This document shows positions 12,495 through 23,833 of a stretch of 64,000 bases of DNA, piece by piece. The position numbers were made by a program, and so were the translations under genes. Below the pieces are notes generated by a model, which had not been told where the DNA came from, did no database searches, and saw only the letters and a program-made list of their open reading frames with translations. Within the stretch, counting starts at the first letter, position 1, and every line of letters starts with the position of its first letter. This DNA comes from Nocardioidaceae bacterium (GTDB lineage Bacteria > Actinomycetota > Actinomycetes > Propionibacteriales > Nocardioidaceae): assembly GCA_035690905.1 (NCBI GenBank), contig DASSKA010000109.1:319-64318 (forward strand), written 5' to 3'.

Positions 12495-12545
12495 GAGCTG
12501 GGTCCTCTCAGTGCTGGGTCGGCCAGGTCGTGGCGGAGCTGGGAG

Positions 12546-12890
12546 TCATTGCTCGTCCTCGGCGAGCAGCGCATCGAGGCGGGAGACCCGGGATCGCCAG
12601 AGCTCTTCGTAGGAGTCCAGAAGCGCCTGGGCGCGTTGGATGACCGCGGGATTTGCCCGGACGAGACGTTCGCGGCCGTGCTGTTGCTTGGTCACCAGTC
12701 CCGCCGTCTCCAACACCGCAACGTGCTTCTGGACCGCTGCGAACGACATCGAGTAGTCCTCTGCCAGCTGCGAGACCGTCTGCTCACCGATGAGGGTGCG
12801 CCGGACGATGTCGCGTCGTGTCGCATCGGCCAGGGCTCGGAAGATCCGGTCCACCTCGGCGTCTGTCAGCTCACCATGATCTACAACCAT
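12546..12890 (-). CDS. ArsR/SmtB family transcriptional regulator
   Basis: 114 aa. Winged HTH (IFRALADATRRDIVRRTL...QTVSQLAEDYSMSFAAVQKHVAVLETAGLV). Confidence 0.85.
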   Translation of the reverse strand: MVVDHGELTDAEVDRIFRALADATRRDIVRRTLIGEQTVSQLAEDYSMSFAAVQKHVAVLETAGLVTKQQHGRERLVRANPAVIQRAQALLDSYEELWRSRVSRLDALLAEDEQ

Positions 12891-12898
12891 TTGGTTGT
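12883..12898. promoter_or_regulatory. Inverted repeat ACAACC-N4-GGTTGT overlapping the arsR-family start codon (candidate operator)
   Basis: Perfect 6-4-6 inverted repeat read directly from the sequence. The start codon (12888-12890, minus strand) lies inside it. A TAACGT (-10-like) element sits just upstream on the minus strand and no SD is visible. Confidence 0.4.
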
Positions 12899-13068
12899 AC
12901 GTTAGTGGGCGGCGGTCAGCGCGTCAACAGGTGCTCCGAGCACCGACAGCGTGTCACCAGGGTTGCTGCCGCGCCATCGGGGCAACAAGGGAGCGCTGGC
13001 GTCAAATAGCGACCTCAATGCTCCTTTGTCTCACGAGCGCCGGTCGCTCAGACGCGGCAATCGCCAAG

Positions 13069-16000
13069 CTAGGCGGTCAGGGTGCGGACCGCGAGGCGGG
13101 AGCCGCTGCGGCGCTTCTCGACGTGCAGCTGGGTGGGGATCCGGGTGCGCAGCTCGTGAACGTGGCTGACCACCCCGACCGTCCGGCCGCCGGCGCGCAG
13201 CCCGTCGAGACGGTCCATCACGTCGTCGAGCGTGTCGGCGTCCAAGGTGCCGAAGCCCTCGTCGACGAACAGCGTGTCGATCTCCGCGCCGCCGGCCTCC
13301 TGGCTGACCACGTCGGCGAGACCGAGGGCGAGGGAGAGGGAGACCACGAACGTCTCCCCGCCGGAGAGCGTGGCGGGGTCCCGGACCTCACCGGTCCAGG
13401 AGTCGAGCACCTGCAGACCCAGGCCCGCTTGCGTGTTGCGGCGGGCGGCCTTGCCGGTGCGCTCCAGCAGGTAGCGCTGGTCGCGCATCTGCGCCAGCCG
13501 CTCGTTCGCGGCGTCCAGCACCTGGTCCAGCCGGGTGGCGAGAACGTAGGCGGACAGCCGCATCTGCAGGTAGTTGTCCGGCCCGGTGCCACGAACCAGC
13601 CGGGCGATGGCCTCGCTGCGTTCGTGCTCGGTGCGCACCGGTTCCCACGTCCCGAGAGCGTCCTCGATGCGCGCCAGGGTCCGGGCGAGGGCGGTGGCCG
13701 CCTCCTCGCGCTGGTGCAGCGCTCGGGTGGCCCCGGCGGCTGCTCGCTCCGCCTCCTCGAGCTGTCTGGCAGCCGCTGCCAGGTCCGGGGCGGCGGTGTC
13801 GGCCAGCGCCTGGACCTGGGGATCGGAAAGGGTGGCGCCGATCCGGGCGAGGACTTCCGCCCGGTCGGCCAGCAGCTCTTCCAGCCGAGTTCTCTCCATG
13901 TCGTCGAGAGCGGCCCGGGACGCCGCTGCCGCGTCGGCGAACCCCTCCTGCACGGCCGTCTCCTCGGCGCGCACGGCCAGATCGCTTGCCCGGGTGCGCG
14001 CCTCGTCGTAGGCGAGGAAGTCCCGCTCGGCCGCCTCCACCGTCCGTGCAGCCGACCGCAACCTGTCCAGGAGCTCCTCGAGCGCCAGCTCCGGAAGCCG
14101 GCCGCCGAGGCCTTCAGCGATCTCGCGCTCGGCCGCCTCGACGGCCGCGACGTGGTCGCGATGCGCCTGCTCCAGGGCCGCCTGCTCGGTCTCGAGCGTG
14201 TGCACGCGGGCGGCGGTCTCCTGCTGCTCGGTGGTGAGGTCGCGCAGCCTTGCCTGGCAGCTCTCCTGCTCACGGGCGGCGGCGTCGGCGGCCGCTCTGC
14301 GCCGCTGGACGTCGGCCACGAGCTGCTGGGCCTGTTCCGGCGAGCGGCCAGCGGCTGCCTCGCGAAGTCCCTCCAGCCGTCGCTCGGCGTCGGCGAGCCG
14401 CCCGGTCGCCTCTGTGTGCTCGGTGGTGAGCAGGTGGTAGGTCTGGGTGGCCGAGGCCTGCTCGGCTTCGGTGACCGCGTCCTCCGCCGGGCGCGCGGGG
14501 GAGGGGTGCTCGCTGCTGCCGCACACCGGGCACGAGGACTCTGCGGTGAGCCGGCCTGCCAGCTCGGCCGCCATGCCGGCCAACCGACGTCCGATGAGGT
14601 CATGCATGCGATCGCGTGCGTCGGCGGCGGCATCGCGGGCGTCGCGGCAACGGTCCTTCAGCCGGGCCACCTCGGCTTCGCACGCGGGAACCAGTGTCGC
14701 GGCCTCCAGCGCGGCGCGTGCCGCGGCCAGCTGCAGATCGAGCACGGGTGCGGTTGCCGCCGTGGTGGAGAGGCCGGCGACTGCGTCCTCCAGGGCGAGG
14801 CGCTCGGCCGGCAACCGCTCGAGCCGCTCCCGGCTGCCTTCGGCGTCGCGGTGCAGCTCCGAAACCCGGATCGCCACGGCGTCCCTGGCCGCGCGGACCT
14901 CGCGCAAGGCTTGTGCACGGGGGAACAGTGCCTCGGTGCGGGTGATCTGCTCACGCAGCGCGCGTCCGAGCTCGGTGAGTCGGCGCGCATCGATCGGCTC
15001 CCTCAGACGCACGTCGAGAGCGTCGACGTCGAGGGTCAGGCCGGCCACGGCGTCGCGGGCCAGGTCCCGCCGAAGCTGGGCAGCGGCGGCGGCCTCCCGG
15101 GCCTCCTCGCACATGCTCAGCACGGGCAAGCAGCGGCCGGCGCTGGTGTCCGCTCGCAGCGCCGCCGTGGCGGCCTCGGCCTCGGCCTCGGGCGCCAGGG
15201 CGGCGCGGGCGGTGTGCGCCTCGTCGCGCCGGGCGACAGCCTCTGCGGTGCGGGTGTCCCGTTCGTGGCGGTCGCGGGCTGCTCGGAGCTGGGCCGCGGC
15301 CTCTTCGTGAGCGTTCAGTGCCTCGGTGTGCGCTGCCTGCGCGCGGGCGACCTGCTCTGCCGCCCAGCGGCGGATCCGGTCGGGGTCTGCCGCGGCCAGC
15401 GGATTCCCGGACAGCTCCTCGGGCAGGTCGGCGCCACCGCGGTCGGCCACCGTGTCCAGGAGGCGCTGCACCCGGGTCTGCTCGGCATCGGCGCAGTCGC
15501 GCAGCTTCCGGCTGTGCTCGTGGACCCAGTCCTCGATGCGCGCGAACCGGTCGGTCTTGAACAGCTGCTGGAGCACCTCATGACGGTCCTGGGTGCCGGC
15601 GCGCAGGAAGCGGGCGAACTCGCCCTGGGGCAGCATCGCCACCTGGACGAACTGGGAGGCCCGCATGCCGATCAGTCCGGACACCAGGTGGCCGACCTCC
15701 TGGGCCCGGGAGCTGAGGAAGTGCTCGGCTCCTCCCGTGGTCTCCACCAGCGTCGCCGACGCCTTCTCGGTGGTCGCGCCCTCGCCGCGGCGCTTGGGCC
15801 GCGACCACTCGGGCGACCGGCGGACCACGAAGCGCCGGCCGCCGATGCTGAAGTCGAGGACCACCTCCGGGCGCGCCTCGGGAGGGGAGTGGTGGGACTT
15901 GAGGGCCTTCACTCCGCGCACACCGGGGACCGAGCCGTACAGCGCGAAGCAGATCGCGTCCAGGATGCTGGTCTTGCCCGCGCCTGTGGGTCCGGTCATC

Positions 16001-16095
16001 AGGAAGAGCCCGCCGGCGTTGAGGTCGTCGAAGTCGACCGCCTCGGTGCCGGCGAAGGGCCCGAACGCCGCAACGGTCAGGTGGTGGAAGCGCAT
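13069..16095 (-). CDS. sbcC: SbcC-like AAA/SMC-type exonuclease ATPase subunit
   Basis: About 1008 aa from the ATG at 16095 (MRFHHLTVAAFGPFAG). Walker A GPTGAGKTS, a long coiled-coil with a CPVCGS zinc hook, signature LSGGETF, and Walker B TLFVDEGFG. Start overlaps the sbcD stop. Confidence 0.9.
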   Translation of the reverse strand: MRFHHLTVAAFGPFAGTEAVDFDDLNAGGLFLMTGPTGAGKTSILDAICFALYGSVPGVRGVKALKSHHSPPEARPEVVLDFSIGGRRFVVRRSPEWSRPKRRGEGATTEKASATLVETTGGAEHFLSSRAQEVGHLVSGLIGMRASQFVQVAMLPQGEFARFLRAGTQDRHEVLQQLFKTDRFARIEDWVHEHSRKLRDCADAEQTRVQRLLDTVADRGGADLPEELSGNPLAAADPDRIRRWAAEQVARAQAAHTEALNAHEEAAAQLRAARDRHERDTRTAEAVARRDEAHTARAALAPEAEAEAATAALRADTSAGRCLPVLSMCEEAREAAAAAQLRRDLARDAVAGLTLDVDALDVRLREPIDARRLTELGRALREQITRTEALFPRAQALREVRAARDAVAIRVSELHRDAEGSRERLERLPAERLALEDAVAGLSTTAATAPVLDLQLAAARAALEAATLVPACEAEVARLKDRCRDARDAAADARDRMHDLIGRRLAGMAAELAGRLTAESSCPVCGSSEHPSPARPAEDAVTEAEQASATQTYHLLTTEHTEATGRLADAERRLEGLREAAAGRSPEQAQQLVADVQRRRAAADAAAREQESCQARLRDLTTEQQETAARVHTLETEQAALEQAHRDHVAAVEAAEREIAEGLGGRLPELALEELLDRLRSAARTVEAAERDFLAYDEARTRASDLAVRAEETAVQEGFADAAAASRAALDDMERTRLEELLADRAEVLARIGATLSDPQVQALADTAAPDLAAAARQLEEAERAAAGATRALHQREEAATALARTLARIEDALGTWEPVRTEHERSEAIARLVRGTGPDNYLQMRLSAYVLATRLDQVLDAANERLAQMRDQRYLLERTGKAARRNTQAGLGLQVLDSWTGEVRDPATLSGGETFVVSLSLALGLADVVSQEAGGAEIDTLFVDEGFGTLDADTLDDVMDRLDGLRAGGRTVGVVSHVHELRTRIPTQLHVEKRRSGSRLAVRTLTA

Positions 16096-17279
16096 CAGCC
16101 GGTCACCGTGAGCGGGGTGTCGGCGTCCTCGTTGATGCGGCAGGCGTCGCAGGCCAGCTGCAGGAGCAGGGTCTCCTCCGTGGTCGCCTCGAGCTCGCGC
16201 ACCTCGGCGACGAAGCCGAGAGCGATGTCGAGGTCGTTGCGACCCGACACGTGGGGCAGCACCGGCGCCCGGTTGCGCGCCGCGCCCTCCGGCTCGAAGG
16301 CGAGGACCAGGGCGTGCGGGAACCGCTGCCGCAACCGATCCATTGCGTGCTGCGGGCGGTGAGGGTCGGTGAGGGTGACCTGGACGAAGGCATCCTCGGC
16401 GGCGGCGTGCTTGGCGTCGGTCAGCAGGTCGTCGAGCCTGCCGCGCAGCACCGCCAGCCGGCGCGGCACCGGGGCGGCCACGAAGTCGGCGCGCTCGAAG
16501 CCGTCGGGGCCGACCTCGACCAGCCAAGAGCCCTTGACCTGCCGGGCCTCGGAGAAGGAGTAGGCCAGCGGCGAGCCGCTGTAGCGAACGGTGTCGGTCA
16601 GGATGTGCCGGCCGTGGAGGTGACCGAGAGCCGTGTAGTCGAAGCCGGAGAACAGCGTCGTGGGCGCGATCTGCAGGCCGCCCACGGAGATGTCGCGTTC
16701 GCTGTCGCTGGCCATCTCGCTGGCCTGTTCGGCTGCGCCGGCGACGAACGCGTGGGCCATCACCAAGGACCGGGTGCCGCGGCGGCTCTCGAGGTCGGCC
16801 CGGACCCGGCCCAGCGCCGCGCCGAGTGCGGCTTCGTGGCTGCGGTCGGGGAGCTCCCAGGCGCCGCGCACCGCGTCGGGCTCGAGGTACGGGAGACCGT
16901 AGACGGCGAGCGGGCCGTGCCCGTCCTCCAGCAGCACCGGAGCGCCCACGTCCTGCCAGCGGGTGCGCAGGTGCACGCCGGCGGCGTCGGCCAGCCGCGC
17001 GTTGAAGCCGAGCCGGACCGGGGAGTCGTGGTTCCCGCTGGTGATGACCACCGTGGCCCGGGACGCCGCAAGCCGCGCCAGCGCCTCGCCGGCCAGCTCC
17101 ACGGCGTCCACCGGCGGCAGTGCCCGGTCGTAGACATCCCCGGACACCACCACCAGGTCCACCGACTCGGCCTCGACGGTCGCCACGAGGTGGTCGATGA
17201 ACCCGGCCTGCGCCTCGAGCAGCCCTTCGCGGTGGAAGGAGCGCCCGAGATGCCAGTCGGAGGTGTGGAGGATGCGCAC
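16095..17279 (-). CDS. sbcD: SbcD-like nuclease (Mre11 family)
   Basis: About 394 aa from the GTG at 17279 (VRILHTSDWHLGR). Phosphoesterase motifs VVSGDVYD, GNHDS and GHLH are present. Confidence 0.9.
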   Translation of the reverse strand: MRILHTSDWHLGRSFHREGLLEAQAGFIDHLVATVEAESVDLVVVSGDVYDRALPPVDAVELAGEALARLAASRATVVITSGNHDSPVRLGFNARLADAAGVHLRTRWQDVGAPVLLEDGHGPLAVYGLPYLEPDAVRGAWELPDRSHEAALGAALGRVRADLESRRGTRSLVMAHAFVAGAAEQASEMASDSERDISVGGLQIAPTTLFSGFDYTALGHLHGRHILTDTVRYSGSPLAYSFSEARQVKGSWLVEVGPDGFERADFVAAPVPRRLAVLRGRLDDLLTDAKHAAAEDAFVQVTLTDPHRPQHAMDRLRQRFPHALVLAFEPEGAARNRAPVLPHVSGRNDLDIALGFVAEVRELEATTEETLLLQLACDACRINEDADTPLTVTG

Positions 17280-17334
17280 GCGACGACCGTAGGGTGTGGC
17301 GCCGACAGAACCGCGGAGCCCACGCCGGGACGGG

Positions 17335-18195
17335 TCAGCCGGCGACCCGCTCGGGGGCGGCGTAGACCACGAACCGGTGGTCGCGCACGAAGCCGACGGT
17401 GCACAGGCCGGCGTCGGCGGCCAGCGCCACCGCAAGGCTGGAGGGGGCCCCGACCGCAGTGAGCACCCCGACGCCGGCGGCGACCGCCTTCTGCACGATC
17501 TCGAACCCGATGCGGCCGCTGACGCACAGCAGCGGCAGCCCGGGGCTGGCCCCGGCCAGCAGCCGGGCGCCGACCACCTTGTCGACAGCGTTGTGCCGGC
17601 CGATGTCCTCGCGGACCACGACCGGCGTGCCGTCCACCTCGAACAGGCCGGCGGCGTGCAGCCCGCCGGTGGAGTCGAACACGCGCTGCTGCTGCCGCAG
17701 CTGGTCGGGAAGTCCCTGCAGCACCGCTGCGGGAACGGCCAGCCCGTCCCAGGCCGCGGTGGGATGCAGCGCGCACGCGGCGAGCACGTCGTCGATGCTC
17801 TCCTTGCCGCAGACCCCGCACGCCGAGGCGGACGCGGCGGGGCCGGCGTACCGCTGTGCCGGGTCATGGAGCGGGGGAGCCTCGAGCTCCACGGTGACCA
17901 CGTTGAACTCCTGCTCGGGCGACAGCGTATGGTCAGTGCAATACGCCACCGTATGGATCGGTGCTGCAGGACCGAGGAGCCCTTCGCCGTACAGGAACCC
18001 GGCGGCCAGCTCGAAGTCGTGGCCGGGGGTGCGCATGGTCACCGCGACCCGCCGAGCCGGGTGCTGCGGCCAGGCCAGTCGGATCTCCAGGGGCTCCTCG
18101 GTGGCCAGCCGGTCCTCGCGGACCCGGACCTGCTCGTCGACCTGCTCGTGCACCCGGACCCGGGTGGAGGGCCCTGGTCGGCGCGGTCGGATCAT
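17335..18195 (-). CDS. fdhD: Formate dehydrogenase accessory sulfurtransferase FdhD
   Basis: About 286 aa from the ATG at 18195. Family segments TPGHDFELAAGFLYGEGL, SACGVCGK, EDIGRHNAVDK and SGRIGFEIVQKA are present. Confidence 0.9.
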   Translation of the reverse strand: MIRPRRPGPSTRVRVHEQVDEQVRVREDRLATEEPLEIRLAWPQHPARRVAVTMRTPGHDFELAAGFLYGEGLLGPAAPIHTVAYCTDHTLSPEQEFNVVTVELEAPPLHDPAQRYAGPAASASACGVCGKESIDDVLAACALHPTAAWDGLAVPAAVLQGLPDQLRQQQRVFDSTGGLHAAGLFEVDGTPVVVREDIGRHNAVDKVVGARLLAGASPGLPLLCVSGRIGFEIVQKAVAAGVGVLTAVGAPSSLAVALAADAGLCTVGFVRDHRFVVYAAPERVAG

Positions 18196-18934
18196 GGTGA
18201 CCAGCCTATATTTACAGATGCACGGAAGGAGTACGGCGTGGGCTGGCGCAGCCGGGACACCGATCCCGACGACGGCTGGACCTCGGAGACGGCCTCCGGC
18301 TTCGCACTGGCCGGCTTCCTCTGGGTGGTCTTCGTCGCGCTCACGCTGCTCGCCATCGGGCCGCTCTCGCGGTTCGACGCCGCCATCAACCTCGATCCGC
18401 CGCCGCCGTCCTGGCTGCCGGTGCTGCACCTCCTGGACCGGATCGGCCAGCGGGCGGTCTGCCTGCCCATCCTCGGGGCGGTCATCTTCTGGACGTGGCG
18501 CCGCAGCGGGTCGTGGCGCCCGGCCGTGGTGTCGGGGGTGTCGGTGTTCTTCCTCAACCTGGTCGTGGGGATCCTGAAGGTGCTCCTCGGCCGCGAGTCA
18601 CCCCACACCGCCGACCCGGCGTTCTTCGTCGGCGGGCTGGCCTACCCCTCCGGGCACACGTCGAACATCGTGCTGGTCTACGGGCTGGCGGCCTACCTGC
18701 TGATGCGTTACGGACGCGTCGGCCACCGGGCCCGGGTCCTACTCTGGTCGGGAGTGGCCTTCCTCGGCGTGCTGATGACGTTCACCTCGCTGCTCGAGCA
18801 CTGGCACTGGTTCACCGACCTGGTCGCCGGCCTGCTGGTCGGGGGAGCGGTGCTGCAACTGACCGCCTCGGTCGACAGGGTGGTCCCGGTGGTGGACCTG
18901 GCCAGGGGCTGGCGGCAGGCCGCTCGCGAAGTGG

Positions 18935-21412
<2,478 letters not shown>

Positions 21413-21426
21413 ACCCTAGGGGCAGG

Positions 21427-22026
21427 TCACACGATATCCTCGGGGGTGCGGGGTCGCCGGATGGCGACCACCTCGCCCGGCAGGGCCCACTCGTCCTTGC
21501 CGAGCCGGGCGAGCGGGGCCAGCCGCGAGAACTCCGGGTGGCCGCCCTGGAGCGTCTGGTCGTCGACGGTGATCGCGACCACGTTGCCGAGCACCATCGT
21601 GGAGTCACCGAGCTCCTGCGTGCTGTGCAGGCGGCACTCGATGGAGACGGGGGAGGCGCTGACCCGTGGTGGCGCGACGTGGAGGCTGGGTTCCATGGGG
21701 ATGTCCAGGTTGGCCGCCTCGCTCTCGTCGGCGGCGAACCGGGCCGAGGAGTTGTTCACCTCGCGGATCAGCGCGGCGGTGGCCAGGTTGACCACGAACT
21801 GCTCGGTGGCGCGGACGTTGCGCAGCGTGTCCTTCTTGCCGACGGAGGAGAACATCACGATCGGTGGCTTGGCGCACGCCACGGTGTAGAACGAGTGCGG
21901 GGCCAGGTTCACCACACCGTCGGCGGAGAGGGTGGTCACCCAGGCGATCGGGCGGGGGACCACCACGGCGGTCATCAGCTTGTAGAAGTTGACCTCGGGG
22001 TCGTCGGGGGCGAACTCGGTGCGCAT
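21427..22026 (-). CDS. Flavin reductase family protein
   Basis: About 199 aa from the ATG at 22026. FYKLMTAVVVPRPIAWVTT...NLAPHSFYT is typical of the flavin-reductase-like FMN-binding fold. An alternative ATG at 21975 would abut the upstream HAD stop. Confidence 0.75.
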   Translation of the reverse strand: MRTEFAPDDPEVNFYKLMTAVVVPRPIAWVTTLSADGVVNLAPHSFYTVACAKPPIVMFSSVGKKDTLRNVRATEQFVVNLATAALIREVNNSSARFAADESEAANLDIPMEPSLHVAPPRVSASPVSIECRLHSTQELGDSTMVLGNVVAITVDDQTLQGGHPEFSRLAPLARLGKDEWALPGEVVAIRRPRTPEDIV

Positions 22027-22691
22027 GACGCCGATGGTAGGTCCGCCAGGAGCAGCGGGGTGAGGTCGGCCATGTCGGCGAACACCTCGGCGCCGGCGTG
22101 CTGCAGGGCCTGGGCGGAGGTGAGCCCGCCCGCGAAGCCGAGCACCCGCATGCCGGCCGCGACGCCGGCGCGGACGCCGAACACGCTGTCCTCGATGACG
22201 GCGCAGCGGGCAGGGGAGACGCCCATCCGCCGCGCGGCGTGCAGGAACAGGTCCGGTTCCGGCTTGCCGTGCGCGACCTCGTCCGCCGAGAAGATCCGAC
22301 CGTGGAACCGGTCGTAGAGGCCGGTGCGGCCCAGGGTGTGCGCCATCTTGGTATGGCTGCCGCTCGAGGCCACGCAGGTCAGTGCTTCGGCGGCGTCGAG
22401 GGCGTCGAGCACCGTCTCGACGCCGGGCACGGCCGCCAGCTCCCGGTCGAAGACCGCCTGCACCTCCCGGGTGCTCAGCTCGTCGAACATCCGGGTGGCC
22501 TCGGCGCCGATCCGCGCCTCGAGGTCGGCGATCTGGGCTGCCGAGGAGCGGCCCATCCACTTCTCGGCCACCTGCTGCGGGGTGTGCGGCCACCCGAGCT
22601 CGGTGAGGATCCGCGCCTCGACGGCGATCACCAGCCGTTCGCTGTCGACGAGGACGCCGTCGCAGTCGAAGACGACCAGCTCCAGTGCCAT
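21975..22691 (-). CDS. HAD family hydrolase
   Basis: Has the DxDGxL motif I (FDCDGVLVDSE), a later SSG motif II, and a C-terminal IEDSVFGVRAG motif. Confidence 0.8.
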   Translation of the reverse strand: MALELVVFDCDGVLVDSERLVIAVEARILTELGWPHTPQQVAEKWMGRSSAAQIADLEARIGAEATRMFDELSTREVQAVFDRELAAVPGVETVLDALDAAEALTCVASSGSHTKMAHTLGRTGLYDRFHGRIFSADEVAHGKPEPDLFLHAARRMGVSPARCAVIEDSVFGVRAGVAAGMRVLGFAGGLTSAQALQHAGAEVFADMADLTPLLLADLPSASCAPSSPPTTPRSTSTS

Positions 22692-22737
22692 CGGATTCCT
22701 TCCCGTCAGGGACCAGCACAGGGTAGTTCGCGGGCGC

Positions 22738-23814
22738 TCAGGTGTTCGCGCCCCGGGCGGTCACCGGCCAGCGCTGCACGACCTGGCCCTCCCGGCACAC
22801 CAGCAACGTGTCGGCGAGGTTCACTGCGTTGCAGACGTGGTTCGGAACGACCCGCACGCGGCTGCCGATCTCGGGACGTGGGGCCGTTTCCGGCCACGTG
22901 ACGACCGCGTGGTGCTCCGACAGCGAGGCGATCCGGGCGTCGAGGTGGTCCAGCAGCCGGCCGTAGCCACTGGCCCACGGGGCACGGTCGGCGCCGAGCG
23001 CCTTGCTGCCGGAGTCCAGCACGGTGTTGCCTCCGGCGTGGCTTACCACCGTGGCCATGCAGGTCAACGCGATCCGGTCCGGCCCGATGGTGCCGAGCTC
23101 GAGCTGCTGCGCGTCCCCGAAGACGTACACCCCCGGACGGAGCTCGGTCATCGTGCCGGAGTCGACGCTGTGCGCGGTGGGCGTCGAGCCGCCGCTGCGC
23201 ACCGGGCATGCCAGGCCGCGCTCGTCGAATGCCCCGGCGGCCCGCGCCAGGGCGTCGGCCTCCTGCCTGACGACCCTCTGCCGAGCGTCGGGGGAGTAGC
23301 TGTGTCCCGGGAAGGTGAACACCCCGCGCACGTCCAGCCCCGCATGACCGGCCTGCTCCGCCAAGAGGCCCGCCTCCTCGGGAGCCACCCCGGTGCGGCG
23401 GTGGCCGCTGTCCACCTCGACGAGCAGCCGGATCCGGTCGCGGTCAGCGCCCAGCGCGGCGGACAGCGCACGGGCGCCCTCGGCGGAGTCGATGCCGACG
23501 GCGAGCGTGCAGGTGTCCAGGAGCGCCCGGATGCGTTCGGCCTTGGCGGCGTCCACCCACAGCGGGTAGGCGATGAAGATGTCGGTGAACCCTTCGGCCG
23601 CGAAGGTCTCGGCCTCGGCGACCGTGGCGAGGGTCAGTCCGGCCGCGCCGGCGGCCAGCTGCAGCCGGGCGATCTGCGCCGACTTGTGGGTCTTGGCGTG
23701 TGGCCGCAGCGCGATGCCCCGGGCGGCCGCGAACGCGGCCATCTCGGTGATGTTGCGCTGCAGCAGGTCCGCGTCGACGAGGAGGTACGGCGTTGCCGGC
23801 TCGTGGGTGTCCAT
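22738..23814 (-). CDS. D-TA / DSD1 family PLP-dependent enzyme (alanine-racemase N-terminal fold; D-threonine aldolase / D-serine deaminase-like)
   Basis: 358 aa. RPHAKTHKS carries the PLP lysine. The overall pattern fits metal-activated D-amino-acid aldolases/dehydratases. Confidence 0.7.
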   Translation of the reverse strand: MDTHEPATPYLLVDADLLQRNITEMAAFAAARGIALRPHAKTHKSAQIARLQLAAGAAGLTLATVAEAETFAAEGFTDIFIAYPLWVDAAKAERIRALLDTCTLAVGIDSAEGARALSAALGADRDRIRLLVEVDSGHRRTGVAPEEAGLLAEQAGHAGLDVRGVFTFPGHSYSPDARQRVVRQEADALARAAGAFDERGLACPVRSGGSTPTAHSVDSGTMTELRPGVYVFGDAQQLELGTIGPDRIALTCMATVVSHAGGNTVLDSGSKALGADRAPWASGYGRLLDHLDARIASLSEHHAVVTWPETAPRPEIGSRVRVVPNHVCNAVNLADTLLVCREGQVVQRWPVTARGANT

Positions 23815-23833
23815 GACCGCATCATCGCCCGAC

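Noticed and set aside
13069-17279. sbcCD as a possible novel defence system (Lamassu/Gabija-like SMC ATPase plus nuclease).
   Set aside because: The pair has canonical SbcC features (zinc hook CPVCG, Rad50-type Walker/signature motifs) and canonical SbcD/Mre11 phosphoesterase motifs. The two genes are translationally coupled, which fits the housekeeping SbcCD.
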